Source: Callorhinchus milii (Eukaryota). Taken from it: 64,000 nucleotides of DNA. The notes under the pieces are model-generated. The model saw only the letters and a list, made by a program, of their open reading frames with translations. It searched no databases and had not been told where the DNA came from. The DNA lies in NCBI RefSeq assembly GCF_018977255.1, contig NW_024704762.1, positions 9,238,001 through 9,302,000 on the forward strand, given 5' to 3'. The translations under genes were made by a program, and so were the position numbers. Shown here piece after piece: positions 1-14,604 of the stretch (within the stretch, counting starts at the first letter, position 1; every line of letters starts with the position of its first letter).

Positions 1-240
1 GCCCAAACACTCCCCTCCCCTGATCCCATTATTCCCACCGACTGGGAGCAACACGTCCTGGGGATGCAATGCTTTAACTTACTGTGGAGCTCAGAATGCC
101 TAAGCAGTTAGGGCCTTGGCTCACAGGGCTTGTGGACACAGATGTGCCTTGGGTTTCATGTGGGCCTATTGGCATCCAGGCTGAATGAAGCCAGCCCAGT
201 CTGAAGGGTAGCCAACATAACAAGTGTGAAGTCCAATAGC

Positions 241-370
241 ATATTGGTTAGTGCGCTTGCCTCGCAAGCGAGAGAACCCGGGCTCGATTACCGGGCAGGG
301 CGAAACGTTAGACAAGATTCCCTACGCCACACACACACGCGAGCGTGCGCCTGTTTCCCTAGCAGTGCGT
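241..370 (+). mobile_element. SINE 5' fragment (tRNA-derived head)
   Basis: tggttagtgcgcttgcctcgcaagcgagagaacccgggctcgatt matches the head of the full-length copy at 34619. Confidence 0.75.
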
Positions 371-477
371 GTGTGTAAACCTGAACTTCTCTCTCACGAC
401 ATTAAGCGCAAGGTGTGATGCTGCCCAACAACCAGACACTGGCAGCTCGGGCAGAATGAAGTGCAATGCTAGCAGGT

Positions 478-483
478 TTTATT
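478..483 (-). terminator. UBA52 polyadenylation signal AATAAA
   Basis: tttatt on + strand, about 60 nt past the stop codon. Confidence 0.8.
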
Positions 484-545
484 GGAAATTTTGCACAGAA
501 CACAATGTGGCAGAGGAGTCAGCGTGCCCGGCCCCAACTCGCAGG

Positions 546-2935
<2,390 letters not shown>

Positions 2936-3050
2936 TTAGCTGCAAAAATAAGGTATTAAAAAAAATTAACACTTTACCACTGTGAGACACTGAACAGCAA
3001 CTGCGCGGTTTAGAACAAACCAGATTGAGACAGCACCCTTCATGTTGATT

Positions 3051-3265
3051 AATAATAATAATCCTTGCATTTGGTATAGCGCTTTTCACGTCAGGAGGAC
3101 GTCCCGAAGCGCTTCACAGAACACACTGTAAAGTGAATTGACTGTGGGCGAACGCGGCAGCCAATTGCGCACAGCAATGTCCCACAAACAGTCGTAGATT
3201 GAAAATGACCAATTTATTATTGGTTTTGGAGGGATTATTATTAGGCTCTGTGTGGAGTAAGGAAG
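3051..3265 (-). mobile_element. Deu-core SINE, 5'-truncated, short subfamily
   Basis: (AAT)n tail, ccttgcattt..atagcgc L2-type end and ggcagccaattgcgcacagc core; near-identical to the copy at 5105. Confidence 0.85.
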
Positions 3266-3764
3266 CCTACAGCTCATCTCTTTCTGACACTTAGAAACTC
3301 CTAATGTTTCAGGCCCTTTTTGAGAGCTTCAATCGTGTGTTCTCTGCTCTTTTTAAACACTACCTTCCTCTCATCCATGCAGTTTCGTCTTTCCACTGGC
3401 TCTCTCACCCCGAGACCAAAAGTTACTCCTCTCTCTCTCTCTCTCTCTCTGGGTGTATGCAAAATTCTCTCTCTTTCCTCCCTTCCTCTTTTCCAGAGAC
3501 CAAGACGGACAAAATACACAGTCCGTACCCTCTACAACAAATTCTGTGAAGCACTTTGAGATCTTTCAAAGGGACCGGATCAAATACAAGCCTCAACAAT
3601 CCCCACCCCTCTCAAGCTTACAATCACCACAAGCTACATCAGTCTCATCTCTCGCTCTCCCTCACGCTTTCTCTGGCGCTCGAGACTTTTTTGGGGGGAT
3701 CCAACCTCTCGTTTTGGGTGGTGGGTGGAGTGGGGGGGGGGGGTGCGGGGTGGGATACGAAGGG

Positions 3765-3868
3765 ATATGGGGCCGCGGGTGGGTAATTGGAGTTGAGGTA
3801 CGGATCGGCCACAATCTTAATGGTGGAACAGGCTCGAGGGGCTGAAATGGCCTCCTCCTGTCCCTATA
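3765..3868 (+). mobile_element. CR1-like LINE 3' end fragment
   Basis: ggaacaggctcgaggggctgaaatggcctcctcctgtcc; related copies at ~16445-16540 (-), ~21455-21560 (+), ~35445-35550 (-). Confidence 0.6.
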
Positions 3869-4357
3869 AAAATCAGGGACAGTACCCTGAACAAGTCTCG
3901 GGGGGGGGGTTCATGCTCTCATGTGGTCAAGTCTTTCTCGGTGTGAGGGGTCGATGCTTTTAAATGCGGTATTGAAGCACAGGATTCTCCTCGTTTTTTT
4001 GAGAGAGGGAAAAGAGATGTGTTTTAAAGTTTTTTTTTCCTGAGTTTCTGACTTTTAATATCGGTTTGAGGGGTTATTTCCCCCCAAACTCCACCCCTCC
4101 CCCTCTCTCCCTCTCTCCCCTCTCCCAGCCTGGGCCTGGACCGCACCACCAGGCCGGGGCCTGTCACATGGCTCCGGGCCTCACTCACTCCCTCCCTTCC
4201 TCCCCGCCTCTGGAGGCCCGCGGCCGGCGCCCTCTCTCTCCCTTCCCGAGGCCTCCCTCGCTCCCTCCCTCCCTCGCTCGCGCTCCCCCCGGGGCCCTGA
4301 CTAACCGCAGCGCCGCTCTCCCGCCGCCCCTCCGCCCGCAGCGCCGCTCACACGCAC

Positions 4358-4388
4358 CCGCTCAGCAGCCGCTCCGACACCGAAAAGG
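4358..4388 (-). other. UBA52: UBA52 non-coding exon 1 with 5'TOP/TCT-like start (CCTTTTC)
   Basis: Minus strand reads CCTTTTCGGTGTCGGAGCGGCTGCTGAGCGG|GTGCGT inside a CpG island. A pyrimidine start is typical of ribosomal-protein genes. Matching acceptor at 2929-2930 leaves 8 nt of UTR before the ATG. Confidence 0.7.
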
Positions 4389-4399
4389 CCCCGGCTTGC

Positions 4400-4620
4400 C
4401 TGGAGCCGGAAATACCTCAGCGTGATTGTGCTGTCACTTCCTGTGTGGGCAAAGGGGAGGCGGGTGGGGGGCGCCCAGGGCTGCCGCCATCTTTGTTACT
4501 GGCACACACACACACACACAAACCTCACTGCCAGCACAGCGGCATCAACTGTGTTCGCCGCCATCTTTCATACTGGCAACGGCATCAGCTGTGTCGCCGC
4601 CATCTTTCATACTGGCAAAA
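4400..4620 (-). promoter_or_regulatory. UBA52 promoter: ETS/GABP-like sites and three YY1 motifs
   Basis: ccggaaat ~4406, cacttcctg ~4436, gccgccatcttt at 4483, 4557 and 4596; the last two lie in a 39-40 bp tandem duplication. Confidence 0.65.
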
Positions 4621-5104
4621 ACCCATTGCCAATACCAGCCATCATTTTTTTTTGGGTGGGTGGTCCATTCCCAAGCTTTGGTTTGGGGACGCGTAAGCAA
4701 CGGTGGTGGGTTGTGTCCGCTGGTGTCAGACATCCCCCACCGCACCCCCCCACCCCACCCCCACACCCGGCCGACCCCCCGTCCCAAACCGAAATGGAGA
4801 ACCAGTTGACGTTTTCTCTCCCGCCACCAGGCAGCGATCACGGTCTCTCCCCTCAATCCAAACCCGTTGTGGTCTTTGTGCCACTGGAGGGCGATGCTAC
4901 GTTGCAGATCTCTCCCGTCACTGACAACTTGGCAAAAACTTTTGCTTCTCGCTGTGTTTGTTTTTGCAGTTGGGAGTGAGCTCCAGCGGGCGAGAACGAA
5001 ACAGCCGTTGCTGCTGCTTGCCTTTTTTTTTAAAAAAAAGTGTGTTTGAGAAAATAAAGTGAAAATTGAAGCGTTAGCTTCTTCTTTCTTGAGTATCGCC
5101 CGCA

Positions 5105-5424
5105 AAATAATAATAATAATAATCCTTGCATTTGATATAGCGCTTTTCACGTCGGGAGGACATCCCAAAGCGCTTCACAGAACACACTGTAAAGTGAATT
5201 GACTGTATATTTGTGGGCGAACGCAGCAGCCAATTGCGCACAGCAATGTCCCACAAACAGTCGTAGATTGAAAATGACCAATTTATTATTTTTTTTTGGA
5301 GGGATTATTATTAGGCTCTGTGTGGAGTAAGGAAACTTGCCCAAGGTTTGGCCCTCTGCCTGGGATTGAAATCAGGTCTCTCACTTGCAAAGCGAGTGCT
5401 CTAACTACTGAGCTACAGGACTCC
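5105..5424 (-). mobile_element. Deu-core SINE, near full length, short subfamily
   Basis: Tail, core and tRNA head (ctaactactgagctacaggact on + is the reverse complement of the A-box region). Confidence 0.85.
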
Positions 5425-5807
5425 AAAATACGCAGTCAATTCACTTTACAGGGACTGGGTATTCTGTGAAGCGCTTTGAGACGTCTCGAGGACCTGATAA
5501 GGCGCTGTATCATTGCAAGGATTATTAGTAGTAGTAGTTCTGGGTGTTAAAAGATTATTTCTCAAAGTATTTAGAATTTAATTAGCAGAATGACTTGGTT
5601 TTTTTTCCAAAGTAGCCAACTCTGTGTCTGTAACTCTGAATATAAAGAAGTCGCCATCGCTCGTTGTGAGTGGGACAAACAGAGATAGAATGAGAGACAC
5701 AGAGCACAGTGTGTGTAAGTGGAAGTTAGGGAGATGGATTTTCCTCGTTTCCACTTATCTCTTGGACTGAGGAGTCAAACGGGTCAAACACAAACTTTGC
5801 CCAATGT

Positions 5808-6045
5808 GACAACAACAACAACTTGCACAGCGCCCCTCAGGCAGGGCAGCGTCCCAGAGCGCTCGACATCGGAGGAGCACAACACCGAGCTGGGGGAGAA
5901 GGTGAGGAAAGTCTTCAGGCGAGACCTGAAGATGGGGAAAAGAGGGGGCAAGGCGGAGGGATAGAAGAAGTGTGTTCCAGAGTCTCGGGGCGTAGTGGCT
6001 GAAAGCGCGGCCACCGATGGTGGAACGGAGGCAGGGGACGAGGGA
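5808..6045 (-). mobile_element. L2-like LINE 3' fragment
   Basis: (CAA)n tail + gcgccctcaggcagggcagcgtcccagagcgctcgac...gacctgaagatgggg. Related copies at ~11190-11360, 26620-26730, 35550-35610, 55010-55215, 59385-59440. Confidence 0.65.
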
Positions 6046-8247
6046 AAAGCAGGGAGAGAATAGAGAATTCCTCCGTTGGTTCAGATGGAATTTTGAAGTT
6101 CCTGCAAGGCTATCGTACGGACAAGCAGTGAGTTTCTCCCAGTTTTCTGGTCAATGTTCCTCTCTAATTCCACACTCCAAAAAAATATATATGACTAAAT
6201 GTCAATGAGAGACACTTGCAACATGATAAAGTACCATCTTAAACATCTTCCAAAACTGCAAACATAATTCAAGTCCAGTCAAGCCCCAACTAAAATCACT
6301 AACTCCACAAAATGCCACGGTTGCATTCCAAATCCCTGAAATCACTTCCTTTAAACTCCCACTCTGCATAAACCGCCTCACACCCTTTCCCTTACAATAT
6401 GTGCAGCAGTGTTTTTTTTACAACGATCACTGATACTGATCTGGACATCACACTTTTCGATCCACATTCCTACCCAAACGTATCCAAATACAGTACTTTA
6501 CTTGAGGAATTATTTATTATTATTATCTCAGCCAAGGCGGTATTAGGGGCTCCAATTATAATAATACTAATAATCCTTGCAATTGATATAGGGCCTTAAT
6601 CACTTCTTCCGAGGCTATTCAAAGCACTTCACAGCAATTTGACCTCAAGATTATAGAATGATGAGGAATGATCAAGCTGTCAAATGCCTCCACGCCCTTC
6701 CTTGCCCCACCCGGACGCTGATTTTCTGCAATGTCGCTCCTGCCAGTCTGCTAACTCAAGGCCCTCCCCTCTCCTCCCTTGCTCCCTCCACCCCCCCCTC
6801 CACCATCGACACCAAAAAATAACCTTGCGATCCATCAAAAAGGCACATCTCAGTGGCGAACAACTCGGGAACATTTTGCTAAATTAGCTTGCGAGGCGGG
6901 CTTCACTGAACGCTGAATTCTCACTCGTTTTTTTTTCCCCGGGATTTGCCAGGTTTAACAGTGAGAACACACAGCGTCAGGGGACGGTCTGACTCATTTC
7001 TTGTTTTTCCAGCAGCCGGCGCTCGATTGCGACAATGGATTAAGATGAGTCGTGTCTCCTTGGAAACTAGTGCTGTTATTCTGACTGTTTTAAAATAAAA
7101 TTGCCTGAAAAAATGATCAACCAAGAGGAGGAGCCCCAAATATTATTAGTGTTTCCATTTCTGCCCGTCTCTCTCTCTCTCTCTCCTTGTTTCCGTTGTT
7201 TATAATAACGTTGCATAAAATGGATTTGGAGCAGTCTCCGACCAGCTTCAATCTCGCCTGTGCTCACCGCGTAAAAACCGCCCTGTATCTGGAGCTAAGT
7301 TAGGTCATCAATTAAGGGTTAATTAAACTGGTTAAGTGTGTGTTGGCCAGTTGTGAGTTTGAGGTCCACGTCAGCTTACGCTGCCCATACTTTCTCGTAC
7401 AGAAATATTCTGTTCACATGTTAAACCAATGCCCCGTCGCATTTGAAACTGATAATGCAGTTTTCTCTCTCTCCCCCTCTCTCTCTCTCTCTCCCCCGAC
7501 TGCGGTCCTCGATGACTGGAAGTGATCTGAAGGCAAACACTCAAATGTTATTTAGAGACACGATTCTCAGAGTCGATTCCTCTGCCTGTCCTTTCAGTGG
7601 ACGTTAAAAGATCTTGCGATGCTATTGGAAAAGAGATGGCAATACGCCTCCCGCTTTTCCTGGCCGTTACTCACTCACTCCAGATAAACTGGTTGCTCAC
7701 CTCATGCTGGTGCCAATGAGCATTTAAAGCTACATTTGCTTAGAAAAACAAGTCACGGCTCTTTGTGTCCTCAAGTGTCCTCTCCCGAGGTGTCTTGCCG
7801 TGTGTCTCTCACGGCGATACGCTTTGCGGGTAAATAAGACAGGATTTTGGGGGGATTTCATCAACGCCTTTGAAATCCCAGATCCCATTCCAGCTCTCGG
7901 CATCCATCTGGAATCCATTAGAACTAGGAAACCTGACTGCTTTGCCAAGTGCTTGAAAGCTGAACGACGTGTGTGCGTGTGTGTGTGTGTGTGAACTCTA
8001 TCCGCGACTGTTTGTGGGGACGCTGCTGTGCGCAATTGGCTGCCGTGTTTCGCCCACAAAACTCACAGTCCATCACCTCGCAGCACATTCTGTGAAGCGC
8101 TTTGAGACGTCGCCAAAACGTCATGAGGCTCTGAGTCAAATGCAAAGATTGGAATTTTTTTAAAAAGGAAGCTTTGTGGCCCGTGGAGTTTGGAAAATCA
8201 ACGAATTCACATTTAAATTTGTTTTTTGTGAAAGATTCTTCCAAAGA

Positions 8248-8431
8248 CAGATACACACATATACACACACAGAGATACACACAGAGATACAATATACACA
8301 CATATACACACACAGATACACACACACACAGATACACACAGACAGATACACACAGAGATACACATATACACACACACAGATACACACACACACAGATACA
8401 CACAGACAGATACACACAGAGATACACACAG
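8248..8431. repeat. Compound (CA)/(GATACA) microsatellite running into an assembly gap
   Basis: Visible directly; N run at 8432-8582. Confidence 0.95.
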
Positions 8432-8582
8432 NNNNNNNNNNNNNNNNNNNNNNNNNNNNNNNNNNNNNNNNNNNNNNNNNNNNNNNNNNNNNNNNNNNNN
8501 NNNNNNNNNNNNNNNNNNNNNNNNNNNNNNNNNNNNNNNNNNNNNNNNNNNNNNNNNNNNNNNNNNNNNNNNNNNNNNNNNN

Positions 8583-8910
8583 GGTTGGGGCTGTGATGGG
8601 GTTGGGGGGGCTGAGGGCTGGGGGGGGTGGGTCGGGGGCTGTGTTGGGGTGGGGGGTGTTGGGGGGGTTGGGGGGTGTGGAGGGGGGCTGTGTTGGGGTG
8701 GGGGTGTTGGGGGGTTGGGGGGGGTGGAGGGGGCTGTGTTGGGGTGGGGGGTGTTGGGGGGTGGGGGCTGAGTTGGGGGGGGCTGTGTTGGGGTGGGGTG
8801 GAGGGTGGGGTGTTGGGGGGGGGTGGAAGAGGGGGGTGGGGGGCTGTGTTGGGGTGGGGGGGGTGTTGGGGTGGGATGGGGTGGGGGGGGGATGGGGTGG
8901 GGTGGGGCTG
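8583..8910. repeat. G-rich minisatellite (ggggctgtgttggggtgggggg units)
   Basis: Visible directly; G-quadruplex-prone. Confidence 0.9.
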
Positions 8911-8963
8911 CGCAAATTCCTGTGGCTCTGAGCGCTGTGCGGTTGGGGAGAGTGAGAGGGACT

Positions 8964-9092
8964 CCAATCAGCGGTGAGAGCCGCGGTCCGGGGGCAGTGC
9001 TCAGGGAGGAGCGCAGTTATAAGTGAGAGCTCAGAGCGACATCAAAGGCGCAGTGTCTGTCCCTCTCTCTCTCTGCGCTGCGGACCCCACAG
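8964..9092 (+). promoter_or_regulatory. Probable S100 promoter and non-coding exon 1
   Basis: CCAAT 8964, TTATAAG 9017, TCF/LEF-like ATCAAAG 9041, Inr-like CAGT ~9051, donor CAG|GTGAGA at 9092/9093. Fits the canonical 3-exon S100 layout with an untranslated first exon. Confidence 0.6.
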
Positions 9093-9704
9093 GTGAGAAG
9101 GTGCGGAGTGTGGAAGCGCCTTCGGTTATTATAGTATTTGTTGGGGGGTTTTTTTTGGTAAAAAAATAACTTATTCAAAACAATAACCTGAGACATTGTC
9201 TGATCACATCCTTTGCCTTTTGTACAAACTTGTGATTGTGCTTTGTAATGGGATNNNNNNNNNNNNNNNNNNNNNNNNNNNNNNNNNNNNNNNNNNNNNN
9301 NNNNNNNNNNNNNNNNNNNNNNNNNNNNNNNNNNNNNNNNNNNNNNNNNNNNNNNNNNNNNNNNNNNNNNNNNNNNNNNNNNNNNNNNNNNNNNNNNNNN
9401 NNNNNNNNNNNNNNNNNNNNNNNNNNNNNNNNNNNNNNNNNNNNNNNNNNNNNNNNNNNNNNNNNNNNNNNNNNNNNNNNNNNNNNNNNNNNNNNNNNNN
9501 NNNNNNNNNNTGTATGTTCTGAATTTCTCGGAACACACATTTTTTGCTGCTCCTCTATTACCCCAAACTCTCTCCGCTGTGTTTTGCTTTATTCTGCGAC
9601 TTAACTCTAAACTCTCTGAGGAACGGTCAGTCCCTGTTCTTACTGTATTGGGGCTCAGTCACAAGACTGTAAGGGGTGGTGGGGGGGAGGGGGCAAAGGC
9701 AGTT

Positions 9705-9770
9705 CAGTTAGTTGGTTAGTTAGTTAGTTGGTTAGTTAGTTAGTTATTAATTGGTTAGTTGGTTAGTTAA
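9705..9770. repeat. (GTTA/GGTTA)n microsatellite
   Basis: ttagttggttagttagttag visible directly. Confidence 0.9.
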
Positions 9771-10681
9771 ATCTTCCCCACTTCCGTCTTGTCAGTTTCA
9801 CGTTCGCCTGCAGATGCACAGTCACTACACCTGACAGTCAATCCCGCAAAGACGCTTTGAGCGACCAGACACGATAGCGAACGCCAAATGTTACTCAGCG
9901 TCTTGCGGTCTGAGCAAAAGCGGTTCAGTACGACGTTACAGGGAGCGGTGCAATGTCGCTGACCGGCCCACGCTTCGTATTGCCTCTCTGCCCGCGGTTT
10001 GATCGAACGTTTAACGCCTCAAAGCGCGTGATTTACTGCCAAGTTTAGCGACTGTGTTTGTGTCCCGTGTTTAAAAGTGATCTCGCTGAAAGATCCCTCT
10101 CTCGTCAACCACCTTCCGCCCTGGTTTTTTTCTCTGTCTCTCACTCTTCATGACCGATAATTGTTTTTGACTTTATTTTCTAAAAATCGTGTTTATTTGG
10201 GATTAATCCAGTCCCCCCCCACCCCCCACCCCGCCCTTAATTTGAAGCCCTTTTGCAACTAGGACTGATTTGGTGTTTGGTGGTAATTTGGGGTCTGGGG
10301 GCAGAAATGGGAGGGGGTTGTACCTCTAAAGCAAATAAAAAGGGTGCGGTCGGGTTATCTGCCTTGTTCTTTTGAGTCTGCAAACTGTCTGTGCTGAGAT
10401 GGGGCGTATGTGCTGTCCGTGTCAGTATCTCTGGCCAAACTGATCCTCGTTTCGAATCTCTCCACCGCCGCGCCCCTCCCTACAGAGGGTGCCTTCCCGT
10501 AAATCCACCGTCAGTCGATTCGCTTGACAGTATATTTGCGTGAAGCGCATTGAGACGTCTCGAAGACGTGATAAGGCGCCGTATCGAATAGCAAGGATTA
10601 TTGTTGTTGTTGTTGTTTCTCTGATCCCATTTTGCCCCACAGCCGTTCAGTGACCCGTGAGCAGCGATCCTCGAGCCAGCA

Positions 10682-12615
10682 ATGACGAGTACAGCGTGCA
10701 TTGTCCCTTCCCCCCTGGAGATGGCCATGGAGCATCTGATCGACGTCTTTGGCCAGTACTCCCAGAAGGACCAAATGAAACAGACTCTGAACAAGCAGCA
10801 GCTCAGGAAGCTGATGGACGAGCAACTGACCACACTCATGCAGGTAACAGTGGCCCTGAGCCAGGGTGGGGAGGGGGCTGAGATTGGAATGGGGCTTTGG
10901 GTTGGCCATTTAGCAATCGGCTGCCACGTTTCACCCACAAAACACACAGTCACTACACATTACAGTACATTGTGTGAAGCACTTGGGGACGTCTTGATGA
11001 TGTGAAAAGGCGTTATATAAAATGCAAGGATTATTACTATTATTATTGATGTGTGTGACAGTGGGGACAACCTTAGCAGCTAACGTTGTTCCCTCTCTAG
11101 AGGGGCAACTGCCAACCCACCACCCACCTCCCCCCCACCCACCCCACCTCCCTCCCTCCTCCACTCAAATCACCCAACAGAGCGTTACTGTAACATTTAC
11201 AAAGCGTCCACTCATCCAGGGCGGCGCCTCGGAGCGCTCGACAGTGGTGGAGCATGACCCTGAGCTGGGGGGGAGAGGGGGTAACCTAGAAGGGGAAGGG
11301 AAAGGTCTTTAGCAATGACCAGATGATGGGGAAAGATGGGGGCAAAAATGGAGGGATTAAAAATGATCTAAAACAATTTTGCACTGGGGAGGCAGAGGAA
11401 TACAACATGAGCGCCATTCACTCTGGGCAGCGTCTCGGGAGTGCCTCAAGTCTTGTAAGGAATGAGTGAAGGAGTCAGACGGGAGCGGCTGTAGGGAGGG
11501 GACCTTTCTGCCAAACCCTGGACTGAGTCAGCACGGCTGGTTTGCCTGTCTGCTGGTTACCAACGGAAACCAAACAAAGTAGTTCTGTTTTCTTGGCCCT
11601 TCCCTCCCAGAAGCTTCGCTATGTGTGTGTGTTTTTTTTTGTTGCCTGGAACAGCTCCACGGTTGGTTCGGAGAGTTCATTCGATGAATCATACCCTGTC
11701 CTGGGTTCCTTTCTCATCTGTTCAGTGTCGAGTTGAGCGGAGCTGAGGAGAGAGGGAGGGACAGGGGAGGGAGGCAAAGGGATGGGTGGGAGGTGGGTGT
11801 CCGGTTGGGGGTGGGGGGGGGGGGGAAGAGAGGCAGTGGAGTTAGACGAGGGTTAGCCTAGACTGTGAGGTCAGGAAAAACATTCACAGGAAGAACAGTG
11901 GAGGTTGGAGAAAGGAGTGGCTTTTTCCTGTCACTGTTCCTGACTGATGTCAGGCTGGCCCCACTGCAGGAGTCAGGCCGCGAGCAAGAGGGAGCGGGGA
12001 GGAGGAATGCAATAAACTCAGTTCTATGCCACTTAGTCACATCTCGCAGCCACATGATGCCTTTTCCCATTAAGTACATGTCAAAGTGCTCAGCGGACTC
12101 ACTCACAGAGGCCGAGCAGGGCGCTGGAAGATTTAAAGCTTCCATCCCTCATCTATTATGCCAGACTTAAGAGCTGGGAGAGATGTTCATAGATTTTAAC
12201 GATAGGGAGAGGTTTCACAAGATACAATAAGGCCACAACTGCATCGATATCCACCGCACATCCACAGCTAAGTGGTTACAGTCGATTCACTTTACAGTGT
12301 ATTCTGTGAAGCACTTCGAGACGTCTCGAAGGCGCTATAGTAAATGTAAAGTATTATTGCAACGACTGACTGACAGATATGCACCTAACCTAACCAAGGC
12401 ACTTCCTTCACTCTCTCTCTCTCTCTCCGATTATCCAACAGCACCACAACAACCAAAAGGCCATCGACAATGTGTTTAAAGACTTGGATTTCGACGGGGA
12501 CGGGCTGGTGGCCTTCGAAGAGTTCCTGTCCTTGGTCGCTGGTCTCACCAAATCCTGCAATGATCGCCTACTTATTAAAGAGCACAAACGCTTGACTAGC
12601 CAGACCAAACAATGA
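10682..12615 (+). CDS. S100-family EF-hand calcium-binding protein (111 aa), 2 coding exons
   Basis: Exons 10682-10843 and 12442-12615 (phase 0, GT-AG): MTSTACIVPSPLEMAMEHLIDVFGQYSQKDQMKQTLNKQQLRKLMDEQLTTLMQ/HHNNQKAIDNVFKDLDFDGDGLVAFEEFLSLVAGLTKSCNDRLLIKEHKRLTSQTKQ*. Shows the S100 signature LExAMxxLIxVFxxY, EF loop DFDGDGLVAFEE and an intron in the hinge. Subfamily not assignable. Confidence 0.93.
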
Positions 12616-12732
12616 GCAGAACAAGTCCAGGGAGAGAGAAAAAGTTGGAGGGGGTGGGAGGGATCGACGCCAAGTATTGGCATCCTAACTGCACCAAGCA
12701 GCTCCGTGTTAAAATACTTTTGTTTTGTAATG

Positions 12733-12738
12733 AATAAA
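12733..12738 (+). terminator. S100 polyadenylation signal AATAAA
   Basis: 118 nt after the stop, followed by a GT-rich gtgtctgtctgtctt element. Confidence 0.8.
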
Positions 12739-14604
12739 ATGGCCCCCAAGGAGCAATCCCGTGTCTGTCTGTCTTGCTTTACGCCCCCGTTCTTAAAAAC
12801 CTGTTAAACCGTCCGAACGCACAAGTGGGGGGGGCGCGGACGACAGAGAAGCTCCGGGACGGGAAGTGGGAGGAATGGGTGCGCTCGGGGAACAGGAAGC
12901 CGAGAGCTGCCAATGAGCGGCTAAAACGACGACGACAACTTGCATTTGCTTCATGCCCTTCACGTAAGGGCACAACATCGGTCAGCTTCACAACGGGGGT
13001 GGGGTTGGACGACCAGCAAGCGGGGATGGGGAGGTGACGGAAGCCAATAATAATCCTTACATTTGCTGTCGTTTCCAACCCCCTCCTCCCCACCTCCAAC
13101 TCTATACAGCACAAGCTTAGAAGAGCCTCCGAAGGCACAGCTTGTGGGTTCTATAAGAATCTAGAGCCCCCCCCACTCAGGGTTGCTAACACCCCACAGT
13201 GCTTTCTAATAATTGTCCATTCTATAAACGTAGGGCAAAGCGCAGGGAAATCCTACCGTAACGCAGTTGACTGGATCCAATAGCCAACTTCCCATCTCTG
13301 CCGATGCCACTCCCTGTGATCTGGTGCCACAGAAAGTCGGACATTTTGTAGCTTAGGAAGACGTCTGGTGAAGGCCGGATGTACCAGGCTTCCTGTGGGA
13401 GGTGGGCCCACAGCAGAGCCGTTCTGTTGGGTGGGGGGGGGCTGGAGAGGGAGACAGCCCTATAACAGGGTTCTCCTGCATCGCACAAACAATATCACGG
13501 CTGACACAAACTGTATGGGGGGGGGCGCCCTGTGGAGTAACCGGTACATCCACACCTCAAAAGAAAGTCACGAGCGGCACACAACAGGTTAAATCGCCGA
13601 CCAGAATCCTGACTTTAATGAGTCAATGAAAAAAAAATCATACATTTCAAAATTCAGCTTCACCCCCACCCCCCTCTCCTTCCCCAACCCCACTGCCCGA
13701 ACACCAGCATGTTGGAGATTGCGGTTCGCGATGAATATGCATTGCACTGTGGCAATCCCACCCGTATACCCTTACCCCCCCAACCCACCAATCGCAACAC
13801 CACACCCACACACACTCTCCCACCCATCCCACAGCCTTGCACTCACGAGCAATGGGTAGCCTTGGCCAGGATTTCTTGAGCCAGTGAATGTGGGGGCGGG
13901 GGGGGGAAGAGGGGAAGAACTATGGGGGGCGTAGAGAGAGGGTAATGGTGGGAATGTCCTGATCCCTGGGTTTGGGGGTGGTGGGGGGGGCACATGGATG
14001 AGAAGCGTGAAGGGAGGTTGAATTTACCTTTGCGAACAGTGTGGGTGGGGTTGAACCAACTTCCCAGTGTGTTCAACTGGGCCGGGTTCACCCCTCTCTC
14101 CCCCAACCTCCCCCACCACGCCCGCCCGCCCAGCAACTCTACCCCTCAACCCCACCGGCCCCAAAGCCCTGGGTTTCCATCCTCAAACAAAAGCACGATA
14201 CAGGGGGAGAAGGGTTATTGGTGTGTGTATTGGTGTGTGTACTGCTGTGTGTGTGTTGGTGCGTGTGTACGTGTGTGGAGGGGGGTTGGGATTGGGGGTT
14301 GTGGGAGGGGGTTGGGGGTTGTGGGGGGGGGGGGTAAGCAGCACACCGATCCCAGGATCATTGTGTTTCTCTCTGAGCTGTGATTTTTCATGTCTACAAG
14401 GCCAGACACGTGAGGAAACACCAGGTGAGGAAATACGAGGCAGCTCACAGTCACTTTCTGCTCCTCCTATTCTGGGGGTGTGAGGGGGGGGGGAGAGGGT
14501 GGGGGTGTGAGGGGAGTGTGTGTGAGGGGAGGATGGGGGTGTGAGGGGAAGGTGGGGGTGTGAGGGGGAGGGGGTGGTGGGGAGTTGTCGTGAAGGTTAT
14601 TTGT

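Noticed and set aside
7924-9604. Long ORFs of 100-347 aa
   Set aside because: They span N gaps and CA/G-rich simple repeats; artefacts.
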